Part shown: in pieces, positions 51,355-64,000 of the stretch
Layout: the number at the start of each line of letters is the position of its first letter
Position numbering within the stretch: position 1 is the stretch's first letter
Source of the DNA: Raillietiella orientalis
Lineage: Eukaryota
Reading direction: 5' to 3'
Assembly (NCBI GenBank): GCA_036172245.1
Contig: JAYWIR010000007.1
Location: 620,001 to 684,000 of the forward strand
Length of the DNA: 64,000 nt
Position numbers and translations under genes: made by a program
Notes under the pieces: generated by a model
What the model was told of the DNA's origin: nothing
The model's database searches: none
Seen by the model: the letters and a program-made list of their open reading frames with translations, nothing else

Positions 51355-54300
51355 GTGAGTTGAGCGAACTAAGTGATGAAAACAATCTCAACAGAGATTT
51401 TGAAGTTTACATACATTAAAAATAAGCATACTGTACTCCTTTGTGCTTGCAGACTGATTGTATATGATCAACAGATTAATTACTATTCTATCTGCAGCAT
51501 CCCTTATCATTTTATGCTGTTAATTTGATTCCAAAGTAATTAGTCTGCTACCATTAATCCGGATGTGTCCAGTTGATTCATCCCTAATTCGTTTCAGGCT
51601 TATGTTTTTATTGGATTTTGTTTTAAAAGAGGTAGAACGTATTCATATAATCAAGAGTAAGTTCTTTTTCCCAAGAGCTTCATTAATGTAGCTTTATCAG
51701 TTGATCTCTATCTGTTTGAAAAACATGGGATCCTTGATGTATGTTAATTAATTGTGGATCGAAAAGAGAATATTTTTCATGAGCTTTGTAAATTTTTGGA
51801 ATATGGTTTTCTCAGTTTATATTAGGTTGTATTTAGTGTATGTTATTTAAGTTTATTCACATATTTGTTTTTTTCAAGTTTGCTTAAAACGACCTGAGAA
51901 ATATGATATTTTTACATCTCATTTCTGTTTCAATATTTTTGTTTATAAAGATATCAAAAGTATACAGCTTTAAATCACATGAAGAAAATTTTGTGTTGGA
52001 GTTTGCCCTTAAATTTTCAGAGTTTATTCCATGCATTCGCTCATCATTAAATAAAATAAAAAGATGGGTTTGGAGGGATTTCATTTTAGTTTAGACTGCA
52101 TTGTCTTATGTTAGCTGTATTATCTGTTTCAGGTTTGTAAACAGAAACACACTTTGTTGTATCCATAGCCAATTAGTCAACAGCTGATTATAATAAACCA
52201 TGCTGATCTTATTTTATATTAGGAGAATGCAGTCTTAACATGTGTGAAAAAAATAATATTTATACTTTTGTTATATTTGCAATACTGCTGATTAGATGTC
52301 TTTATTCCTCTTATTTATTTGAATTAATTTTTGGCAATTTTTGTAAATTGCCGGAATCTTTTGTTTTCATCATTATAGGATAGAGTCGGAACGAGTTTTC
52401 ATTTGTTCATGTCGTCATCGGAATCCTTAAGGCAATTGTCTTAAAATTAATTCAGAAACCTTGCTTGCCATCATAAGTAGCACCAAGCTTGACCAGTAGT
52501 GATGAATGCATGATTAATGCAAAAATCCGTTCGAAAACTTCTTTTGCTTGTGTTTAATTTTGGAGTGAAATACGAATTTTTCGAATTTCATTCGCCCAGG
52601 AATTGGCATTTGAGTCGGAATTTTCGTCCTGTTGCTTGATGCAACATTCAGTGCTTTGAATAATGAGAACTAAAAAGTATAGAGAAGAAGTTATATTTGA
52701 GTATGTGTTTATTATCCATTTTAGTTTTAACTTGTATTTTTAAACCTAGTCTTTTCTCACTGTTTGATTTTATAATTGAGTTTAAATAGTATATGTGAGT
52801 GCATCACATTGGAGGGATTTTCTGCACTGAATATGAAAATGAATAATGCATAATATGCATAATAAGTTACTAGATAGTTCTAACTGTATCCACCACATGA
52901 ATGTTTGTGAATTCATTCTGTCTTGCAAGTTTCGGGATTTATTTTTCTTCTATTAAAAGCATCCCACAGACATTCTTCAAAATTGCTTGGAATTTTTTGT
53001 TCCTTTAAGGAAGTGTGGTGAATTCTTCATTTATATTTTTCATGGAATGCTTTTTTTTTATTCAGTAGATTTGCAGTATTTTTTTCGTATTTCGTATATC
53101 TGCTGAAGCAAATATCTGCTTCTTAATTTACTCAGAGTATTTTGGCCATATTTACATCAAAATAATCATTCTGTGAACACTATGTTTCCTGAAAATCATG
53201 TGCGTTGCTTTCAAGAGAGAGACGTACTTTTCTATACCAGTTTTGTTTCCAGCCTCCCTCATCCTATCCTTCTGTCTTATAGAATTGAATCTTTGTTTCG
53301 AAGAAGTCGTGTTTTTTTTTTTTTTTTTTAAAAAAAAGAAAAAGCAAGACTAAGCATCATGTATCAGGGTGTTTATAAGTTATTATTTATTATCGATTAT
53401 TCATGTCAAAAATTTGTCATGCTGTTCACATAGTCTCTTAGCACCCACGATCCTGATGTTTTAAACATTTTGAAACGCTGCTGCTGAGTGTGGCTTATCC
53501 GAATGTCTTATGCATTCCAAGACAAGTGCGTTCCTCCTCGGATGGCTCCGTGAATCGCCCTGTGTTGCAGCAGTGCCGCCGTTTTAGAATAAAATGGGAG
53601 GCAGTTGGAGCGTTCGAAATGACAAGGGAGCAAGGAATTTTTTTTGTGTATTGTAAACCAAATGCAACACCAAGAAGATCACTTTGAAGGAGTGGGGCGT
53701 TTTGCAAGAAAGATCTAGAAGGAAGACATCAGAAAATGCAGCGTTCATCCAGTTCGAACGTGTGACAGTGGTTTCGTATAAAAGGGATTCGTTTTTTGTT
53801 TTTTCCTTTTTTTTTTTTTTTTTTTTGTTTTATTGATGATCGGATATTCAGTGGAAGGTGTTGAGAGTCAAATGAATGTATTGTTTCTGCGATCAGAAAA
53901 GAAGTCTTGCATTACTGATATTCGGAAGAGCTACGAAAAGATCAGGATAAACCGCTGAGAAAAACCATTTGAAACGTGCGGAAACCCTTACACAAAGTTC
54001 TGATCAGTTTGTGGATCGGTTTCCGCTTCCTATTTTTCATTTCTCCCATTTCACATTTTTGGTATTTCTCAGGTGTTTCAGGTATCTGCTGAATTGGACC
54101 TACTGTAAGTTGTCCATGGGTTTGTTACCGGTATGCTTTCATCGAGGTCCCGCGAGTTGGCGTGTTATTGTGCGGATACAATCCTCGATGGGTACCCATT
54201 TGTACCCATCGAGGGTAGGTCGCATCACGTTTCTCATTTTTCATCTTGTTAAAGGAAATGTTCCAGCCCGGATTGCTTTCGGGATTCCTATCTTAAAAAA

Positions 54301-55049
54301 TCTCGTTTTCTCTTTTCGATGAGGAAATAGACAAGCAGAAATCAGCAGAATAGAATGTAAACAGAACGCAATGTTCATTTATCAACTATCATACATTTCC
54401 TAACTTTAGTATCATTTTGGATCAAGTACAGTGTACTGCAATCATGATTCGTGTTACTTGCACCGCGGATGTGTTTTTATCACGATTATATTATATTGTC
54501 GTAGTTTTCTAATGGCACCCTAAAGAAGATGCTTTGAAGATGCAGAGAGTTATTTTTCTTCTCTCGTTTTGAGATGCTTGCAGGATATCGCATTGTTTCG
54601 GATTATTGCAGAGAAAATCCCAATTCGCAGTTGCATGTCTTTTTGTTATTGTATTTCTTTTCTGTGGTAGTCATTTAGAAAAAAGATGAGTCACCATTCC
54701 GTGTAAGGTGTGCACCTAATTTTGTACATCAATATTGTATACTCTTGGGATAAATTCCATACCTGAAATGAAAACATTCATATCGATGAGGGTGTTTAAA
54801 AGAAAGTCATCATGTTTACTGCAAGTTTTCGAAATTATAATCAAGCGAATGTCATCTCAAGAAAATGTGGAGGGTTATGTCTTATCGGTTAATGATGGAT
54901 CTATGTAATGATTAATGAGATTTTGTGGCACTGTGTTGTCAAAAGCGCAGGCTTTAGCAGTGCATGAACATATATTATGGATGGCAAAAAAATCATCTGT
55001 TGATCCCTGACAAGGGATTTCAGTAGCATTTTTTTTTTAACTCAGAAAG

Positions 55050-58000
55050 TGTCTTTTGTAAATACGAAGTAATGCTCGAGAAATAGATATTTGAGAAGAG
55101 ATGTAATCAATTTTCTTGCTTCAAGTTTCAAGACACAGACATCCAGAACAAGAAGAAAAGTAAAAATGTCCAGAACTTCCTGTTCGATCAGGATGGTGAT
55201 CCTGTAATTAGGATTAGATGCTGAACACAAATTCAATAAAGAAATATGAATAATATAAACGATCTGCTTCAGTGTTTCATTCGTAGCAAAATTTCATATC
55301 TTAAACGGAATCGAATGCTTTATTAAAAATTCAATCACGGAAGGGCAGCGGAAGGCGATGGGCCAAATGAAAAAAAAAAAAATACCGTTTTCTTCAACCA
55401 CTGAAATATTTAATTAGCTCCTGTACTAGAGGCTCATTTTGTTCTACAGTACTTGTTGAACATGGATAATTGGAATGTGCTGCTGTCACATATGCTGTTG
55501 TACAGCTCTTTAATTAGTTTTTAAAATGAATGGAGTAGTAATTGAGTGATGTTACGCTTGTGTACGATTTTTCAATCACCTTTGTGTAAAGCTGTGAGAT
55601 TTCTATTGGGTGTTCTTCTCGGAACCAGTTCTTTAAACGTTCTTACTGTCAAGTGCCGAAAGGATGTCGTGTGGATTGATTTCATTCGCTTTTCTCACAT
55701 CGCGAATTTTTGTAGCAAACAGCAAAAAGCAGTCGACATCTTGATAGAGTGGCCATGTCCATGTAACGAATTCCCTGGCCGATTTTTTAAGTTTAACGTG
55801 TGTGATGGTGTGTGAACCAAGGTATTCGTAAAGAATTCGATGCCCACGGTCCCATCGTTTGGCTCGGAACCGAAGACTTTCCAGCACTAAACTTTCCAGC
55901 TCATGCAAACCTATAAATTGTAATGCGCGGAGAAGAGCTGCAAGAGCTCATCTCAGCTGCCTTGGTGCAGATGAATGCGATGGTGAACTTCGTGAGAAAT
56001 AGCGTGACCGAGCCACAGGATGCCGGTTGTGTTTTCTCCTTCGTTCAGAAACGGAACACAGATCACAAAGCACGAAATTTTATTTTGAGTATCTTTTCAT
56101 GAAATCCTGCAGAAGCTGCAACTGAGTGTGCTCGTGTTTTTTAGATATGGTGCTTCAGTAAAGTGTTTTCACCGATTGCGTCATGGCGGTTTCGAAAAGA
56201 CGGAAAGTTCGCACATATGCAGGAATGCAAGTTTTTTGATAGGTAAAGTATATCATTTTTTCATGTTTTCATAATATAGCATTTAATCCAACGTATCTTT
56301 ATGAAATTGTAAAAATTTCTCGAATCACTGCGTGACGGTTTCCAAGAGGCTTCTATTCGGGCGAGTGGTAGCAAAACTAGAGAGACTTCTTTTCCGTCCT
56401 ATAGCATGACTCTCTTGTCAAGGCACGGTATATTTATTGCACCTTCGATCCCAAATGCTCGTTTTCCCCATCGTCTTTGAGTACGTCCCATTTATGTATG
56501 TTCAGATTTTTGTTGTTAATAGGTCGTTTGATGCCTCGTATATCTAAATATCAATTAGTTTGGATTACCAGTGATCCTGGGTTAGGGCTTTCGTGCCATG
56601 GTGGTCGTGACGAGACGTAGGCAGCTGGTGCCTCTGCACGTTTTGATTGGCTCCTGCTGAAGTGTGGAAACTCGTCACTCTTTCAGCAGTTCAGATGGAA
56701 CGAGGCTGTTGAGAGACAAATCGGGGGAGGGGGGGGATCTACCAAAGTTAATGGGCCGGTTTTTAGAGGATCCAGCTGCGAGAATGCATCTCAAAGTGCA
56801 GAACGCAAGCCATCTAGACTGTGAACATCAGACTAGTTGGAAAGTAATCTTTTCGAAATGCTCGGATATTTGGCTCACCTCTCAGTTATTATTCCGTGGC
56901 AGCAGACCATACCGAGCTGTGCGTTCGCTAACGGAATTTTCACATCAGCAAATGTTTTCATCTGGACCCTTCGGCTTGCGTTCTGTCATCTCTTAGCTTG
57001 GGAAGTGGATAGGCAGCGTATCCGTTTGGCATCAGGGAGAATCTGCAGAACCTCTGTCACACGAAACTGGTATTTCGAAAAATCACAGCACCAGAATAGC
57101 TGTTCAGCGAGGGTTCCACAGAAAAAAGGGTTATCCGCGGCTCAGCGACGCAGCAGGTGTTTCTAAAAGTGTTACCATATGCAAGGAACAGAATTGTTCT
57201 CTTCTCTCAAGACGACCCTGGTCTAAATGTGTGAAGATACGAAAAAGTGAGAGTGTTGTATTAGATGAACTGCCACTCACCGTGGGTGTCAGTGTGGTGG
57301 CTGTGGTTTGCCGAAAATGGGGGAAGTGGAAAACGTCTCCATTGCGTGTTCAGGCCAGTTGGTGTTCAACTTTGATGTGGAAAACACAAAGTGACGTATC
57401 GGTTCATGAGGAGAGAGGAACTGTAATGGGCGGGCTTGCAGATTCAGAGGTTTGCAGTTAGAGGGAGCTGCTCTTCAGAACTTCTTGAAGGAGTTTTTGA
57501 AGAAACGGACGTCAGCACATCTGCAACTCGGGCGCAGTGCGCATGTATTTTGACGTTTCATCGAATTTTTCCTTCCAACAAGGAGGACAGGGAAGATAAT
57601 GAAGCACCAAGAGATGGAAGATGTTCGGGATCGTTTTTGTCTGTAATGATCTCCTAAGAAACAACTAGCGTCATCTCCGTGTATCACTTCGGATAAAGGA
57701 CCATTCTTGGGGAAGGCTTTCAAAGGAGCAAGTGTTACTCTTACATGGAAAGCAAAAATAAGCCAGGGGCAAAGCTTCCTTCAAAGCAGCGGATTAACCA
57801 AAAAACGAAGCGATGAGTCACTGCCTTTTTTTTCTTGTGTGGACGTAGCCCGATCATCTTCCGTTTGAGGAACGCAGTGTGACAGGAAAAATCCTTGGTT
57901 CCCAAGGATGCGGGAGGGGGGAGGAGGCGCGTTTTTAGAAGCGGCAGCTTTGTTCTCTGGACCGACAAGTATCTTGCAGTTTCCAGATCGTACCTGAATT

Positions 58001-58700
58001 TCCGAAACGTTTTCAAGGAGGATGGGAGAAGATGAGTGGGAAACAAATGTGAATCCTGCGAGGCAGTTCAAAGAATGATTTTTCAAACAAGCAGCTAGAG
58101 CTGCAAGAATTTAGATAACGGTAGAGTGTAGCTCGCGTTACTTCTGGCCAAGTTTCCGGATATAGGAAATCGGGGGGCAGTTGAGGAGCATTGGATGGCG
58201 CTATCGGGAAAGGGTAAGGACGGAACCGGACGTAGGAGGTTTCGATCGGAATTAGTGGAAGAGAACGCAAGAAGGGCGGTAGAGCACCTTTGCGTTAGCG
58301 CGATACGGGACAGCTTCCTCTGACTCAGCTCCTTCGAATTTCTATTCAGGTACAAAGAAGAAGAAAGGTGACTCTGCTCGCTCTCCCGTGCGAACGGTGG
58401 GGGTCTGCCCCTCCTGCCGGTTTTCTGAGGCTTGGTGACGCGCGAGACCAGGTTTCTTAGTGAACTGCAAGCATTCCGTTTCGCTTCTTTCATCGAAAAG
58501 CCCTATTCCATCGATCGGGTGCCTTGACAACGGCTTGCCCACGGCTTCAGCTTTCCCCTTCAGTGAACTGACCATGTGATGCGAAGTTGAGCAACTTCTT
58601 TTCGTCTTTAAGACTGTGCGGTCCCGTGCCAAAGCCAAGCCTTCCAGCCAGGAAGTTTGTGGCGACATCTGCCAGGTTCGGTAATCCGCAGTGTCTCGGC
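55050..58700 (-). mobile_element. Possible heavily decayed CR1/L2/Jockey-type LINE relic
   Basis: An ORF1-C-terminus-like FLYPETWPEV (~58150) is followed in the expected order by FGIEG...LDKRV (~56430) and YEYLGSH (~55820). All matches are weak. Confidence 0.3.
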
Positions 58701-61700
58701 GAAGGCCATTTCTTGTCGTGAGCGTCTCTCCTGTCCGCGGAATGAGACGTGCTTTGATGTTCTTGCAGATGGGGTCATCGCACCGTCATTGCACCATTCC
58801 TCATCCTACGTCCTCCGGCGCATCACCTAATGTGCAGGTGCTTTCCGTGACACGTAACGGTGTTCGCTCGTAATGAAGCATCAAAAAGTTTCTGTGTTGC
58901 CTTTAGTCGATGGACAGAAACAGAAAGTACGGTGAAGGTGGAGGTGCGGGAGCAGCAATCCAATTACAGGGCACCTGCGATTCTGCTTGATTATCTCCGA
59001 TTCAAGTTCGAGCGTGCAGTGGTTTTCCTTCGTCTTTTTGAGGGATCCTGGGGATGGCCGCGATTTTTTACTACCTCCTTAGGGTCACCTCCTTGCCCTT
59101 CTTTCATCCGTTTTTTTTTTTCTTTTCAAGCAGAAAACATCAACTTCCAGAAAGTGCTCTTCGCTCACGCAGCCTCTGTGCTCCTTAAGTTGCGGCTGAA
59201 CGGTCACCCATGTCTGTTTCCGTATCGGTTGCGGTTGCCTCTGAAGTTCTGGTCTTCAGCAGAGAGTAATTTTTATCATGCATTCCGCAAATATTTTCAT
59301 CTGAAATTCTGCATGTTTATTTCCCTCGAACGCCGCGGTGTTTCCTGAGCGTCCGTTGTTTTCTTGCCTGATATTTTAGTGCGCGGAGCGTCGGGCTCTT
59401 TTCCGACTTCCAAACTTTAACTTGCATCAGTTTATTAGATAACAGGTCACTTCCACAGGATTAAGCCTGCTTTATGGCGTCTTCTTTGCCCGTATTATGG
59501 AACCAATGTTTCCTTTTCTTCTTTCTTTCCAGGGAAGAGAGGCAACAAGAGCCACATGAGGTTGCGTTGAATACCGGCACCATTTCTTCACGCCTTCCGT
59601 TCACGACTTTTCAGTTCACGCGCCTCGTACCACTGAAGTTTGCGAATTTTGGAACTCAGGGCCGTTTTTCTTGCCTAGTCTACTGCGTTTTTCTTCCTGT
59701 TCTTAGCTTTGTTAGTGGGCACCTAAGATATCCCAAGGAATTTTTTGTGTTTTCGTCCTATGCCCTGCATTCGTGAAGACCGTCACGAATGCAGTCGTTT
59801 TTCTTTGTTCTGGTCGGGTTCTTGGACGTGCAGCATCGCCTTTGGAACGCCTTCTTTGAGGCACCTGCTTGCAGCTCACTGGAAACGTGGGCGCAGGGCT
59901 GCTCCTTGCGCCGTTGCGTTTTTTTGTTCACGTTGATCTTCCTTTGGCTGAGTCAAAAGGGTCGGGCGCCTTCGCCGTTTCGGATCCGGGCTTGCGTCGC
60001 CACATCTCTTGTGTTCACGGAGGTCTTTCCGAGATCGGGGGGTGTCCTCTGAGATCGAACAAGCTTCGAAGCGATGCCCTTGGCATTTCAGGGATGCTGG
60101 CTTTCCATCGGCGAGATCGGGATCTACGGGATTTGATTCGCGAGCTTTAAGCAGCATTTGCACAGCATTGGTTCCATTCTAAAGGTTCGCTGAAAAGTTC
60201 GATGTTTTTATTTTTCGGTGGGAAAAGAAAAACGTAATCGTCGTTTAGAATGCTGCATCGACGAGCGAAACACCCACTCACGTGTGCTGCGAAGAAGGGG
60301 GGAGGGCAGCTTTGTCCGCCTTCGGGTCTTCGTCAAACGTTCGATTGAGAATGAAAACGCTGCCGCCATCGAGCATTCGGCGGATCTTTTCCGGGACTCT
60401 CGCGATTCTTAGCGACTGAGCACATGTTTCTGGCTGGCTGTCGCGTTGCAGTCCCTGCCGCAGTGCAGTTGCCATTCGGCAGCTGCTGCCTTTCCAGTTA
60501 GACAGCGACCTTGCCCCTTCGTTGAGCGTTCTGCTCCAACGAAGAATCCGAAAAACGGGGGGGGGGCTCCAATCACCGTTTCGCGGTAATGGCGTTTGCA
60601 TTTTTCCTTAATGATGAAGCGAAGTCTGTCGATATGAAGGGGAGAGGAAGGACGAGGGTAAGTTTGGAAAGTCAGGGCTGTGATTTCGTGATGTGTTTCC
60701 GAGCATGCTCCCGTTCCACGGTCAGTTCAGAAATAAAACGCTTTATTATTATTACCGTGGTTATTCGGCGATGATGACTCGTCGGACCTTTGCCGTTCGT
60801 TCATTGAATTTTCATGAGAAAGCGCGTCTCCTGGGTACCAGTGCGTTGGCGACTTGCACTGCAAATTATGAAGTCAGATGGCTTGGGGAGCCAAAGCGGA
60901 CACGATAGACGGGAAGCAGGAACCCAGAAGGAGCAGTCCCGAGTGGGGTGGAAGGAAGCAGGAGAGGGCTGCTGCACCTCCTTTGTTTGGATATTACCCT
61001 TGAATCCGAGGCAGCACCGTGCTTTGTAGCTGGCTCTAAGAGAAGAACTGAAATGGAGGAATAATCCTTCTAATGAAAGCAGGCGACTCCCAGCCTAAAG
61101 CAGGTGTCCTGATCATTTGTCTTTTGGACTAATAATGCATGATAGAATTAAGAAACAATTTATAGCATCATTCAGAATGCTTCGATGTGTTTAAGTTCTT
61201 TGAGGGGTGGATCTTTCTGAGAACTCGATGTGAATAGAAAGGTGTTGGCATTCACAGTGAACGTCTTTGGTTTAATTCTGTTCTCAAGACCGTCAATCCC
61301 AAATCAGATTGGTGTGTTCGGACGAAGGAAGAGACAGGACCGCGCGTGTTTCTTCGTTTTAAAAACTAAAATGAACTCTTTTCTTTTTTGCATTTCTGAG
61401 AAGTAGGCCCCAACCATCTTGAGCTTCCACGGGTTCCACCTGGAAGCTTCCAGACAAGTCACAGGCCTTAAGCCGTTGGAATATTCAAGTTGGCGGGCGG
61501 TGTTTCAGAGCCTCTGGCTGCTTCTCCGTTCGCTTCACGTGCATCAGATTTTTAGATTCCACAGAGCTGTTTTCACAGAGCAGAAGCTTTGACCGAGCTT
61601 GTCGGTAATCAAGACCAGCGTTCGCGGAGAAGACTCTAAACCAAGACCAGATTTGCTGCTCCACGGTGACGGGAAAGGAAGAATATTGGACGCCTCCTGT

Positions 61701-64000
61701 CCCTAAGGACCTTCTATTGATGGATTAGAGAAGGCAGATTAAAGGAAGAAGAGCGCACATAGAGGCTTGGCTTTCCGTTTTGCCCGCAAAGGAGTACCAG
61801 CGTTCATCAGAGCGATTTTCGGGAAGACGGCGAGTTCATCAGGGAACTGAAGACCCTTGAGCGGTGCATGGAAAGTATAAGGAAGACATGCTCCAACGCA
61901 CGCAGCTCCGGGGTAATCTACCGGAAGCACAAGTTGGGCCACCAGCCGAGAAGACGGCTGGACCGTGTGGATGGTGCTTAATTCCTGCGTCATTCGTTGT
62001 GTACCCCCAGCGCATCGTTTGCGAACACACAAATAAGAAGACAACCACAGCCACATGAGGTCGCGTTGAATACCGACGCCATCCCTTCAAACTCTAGGTA
62101 TTGTCGATGCACTCAGTCCGATTCCTACTCCACAGACCCCTCATACTCTACTGGCTTCCCTGCTCCCTGACACGAGTTTCCGACATTGTCAAGAATTTCA
62201 GGATGCCGTGGTCTCACCGGTCGTCCTTTTTCACGCACCCCGTCTTGTAGCCGAATCCCCGAATCAGTGGGGAGGAAGAAGTCGGCAGTCTAAATCGCGA
62301 GTCTCAAATGCGCCATCGGTAAAGTGCCGCAACTCGCCGATCGGTAGGGTGTCTCGCAGGCTCAGATAGGCTTTTAGGCTCACAGGGTGCTTAGGGGGAG
62401 GGGAGGAGGCTTTACGAAGTGGCACGAGAAGCCCCACTGTGTTCCAGCTGCGTTTTGGAGTGGTCATTATTCTTCCACGGCAGCACAAGAGTTTGAGTTT
62501 AAAAGTTCGAGTTCGAGTTTCAAAGAGTTTCCATGTTTGGAATGTGTGCGCTACGCAAATGTCCAGCAACAGGGAGGTGTTCCGAGAGTACATTTTATCT
62601 TATCCTTTCATCGTTTTTTGTCCTCGGGTGCTACCGCTCTGGTGAGATCGAATTTTCTGAAACTTCCGCAACAACCAACGAGTTGTTCCCAGCTATATCC
62701 AGTGGGTCAGGAGTGGGAAAGGAGAATGGGACTCCAGAGCACCCATTTCTCTCTGTTGAGGTTCATCCTGTATTCATCCGGACATGTTTTCCACGCAGTT
62801 CTGCGTCATTCATGCGGTGAGCCTCTGGAAGCGTCCCTGTCCAGTCATTGCTTTCAATCGATGAAGGTGATTTCTGGCCTCTTCATTTTTTTCTTCAACG
62901 CCATTCTTCTTCTTAACACGTCCCGATCACCGATGGCCCGTCTCCAGATCGTCTTCCCCGTCTGTAACTCCCAGATTATTTCTGCAAATCTTCATGCAGC
63001 TCAAATGATCCTTAGCCCTCTCTGAAGAAACACCACACCTATCGTCGCCTTTGCTTTGAGCTTTTTCCTGCTTCCCCAAGACAGGTCTTTCCTGCGTGAG
63101 GTTTTGTCGTGGAGATTAACAGTGTGACGTGTTGAGCACGTCGTTTTCCTGTGATCACTGATGCCGCAGCTGCTCTTGCGATTCACCTCGCTCCGTCGTC
63201 CTTCCTCAGAAGCAAAGCATCCAATCCTGCCCTCGGACGCAATCCTTGCTCAACCTCCTCCCCAGAGACGCAAATATGTCAGCTGTTGAGGGCTTCGTGC
63301 TTTTCTCAGAGTTTTCTGATGCGATCTCTACGAGCGTGCGCCCATCTGAGTCGCAGCAGCGGGAGCCTCACGCCTGTTGTGAGGCAACCGCTGGCTGTCG
63401 GAATTTCCGGTGCGCGCCGCGCCCAAACCGGCGCTTCGATGCCGCTTCGGGTCGCGTGGAGGCGAGTCGTGGGGTAGACCCCAATTCCGCTTTTTCTTTC
63501 TTTATTGTCTCTCTTCCTCGAATTTCTCAACCGCCCACGTTGGGACACGGCTGTCGTCCGCACCGGGAAACGGGGAAGCTGGGGCCGAAGGCGTGATGTT
63601 CCTGTGATGAGAATTCGCCATTCTTGCGCGTCATTCCAGTGCGGTTGCGCCCTGTTTCAATTTTTCTTAAATTAATTACTTCATTTTTATGGGATGTTAA
63701 AAAGCTTCATTTCAGAAACGTTCCACGGAAGGCCTTCAGTTATCTTTACGACGAAAGTGGTGCCTGAATTTCTTGAGCAACGCGCCGGGAACTGTGCAGG
63801 CGCTATAGTCAAGCATCATGGCAGCAATTACGTAGGTCATCGGACGACTGGTATAGGTTTCACGTATTCATCTTAATAAAATGGAGGTACTTGGTAAACG
63901 AGTTTTCGCACACATGCACACACGAACTATTTTGAGCGTTGGTTTCCCCACAAGATGAACGATGTGTACAGTGGATCGAAATGAAAGTGGTTCAAACGAT

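Noticed and set aside
62400..63050. Possible LINE C-terminal remnant on the minus strand (Trp-rich frame broken by TGA codons)
   Set aside because: No diagnostic motif. The TGA codons are better explained by decay or chance than by a recoded gene.

Overview
Eukaryotic (invertebrate metazoan-like) genomic DNA, not prokaryotic, so most six-frame ORFs in the GC-rich first ~23.7 kb are spurious. Host genes supported by spliced models: a divergent SPATA6-domain gene (+, 17.9-21.5 kb), BOP1 (+) and PIG-U (-) lying tail-to-tail with stop codons only 11 bp apart and with very short introns, an F-box/LRR pseudogene (40.2-42.2 kb) and an FBXO30/40-like gene (49.4-51.4 kb, last exon not found). Mobile DNA includes a decayed L1/Tx1-type LINE ORF2 (-, 35.7-39.0 kb) and weaker retroelement relics. 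The most notable element is a tRNA-headed, ~0.8-1 kb SINE-like family (three long copies plus one head-only copy). Its body is an array of about ten related bulged hairpins (GGAG-N-GGAC...GUCC-CUCC), and two subfamilies carry different 3' tails. One copy is fused directly behind the 3' 59 nt of U6 snRNA, and the whole U6-SINE chimera is bracketed by a 13-bp target-site duplication. All homology calls are from motif recognition by eye; no database search was run.
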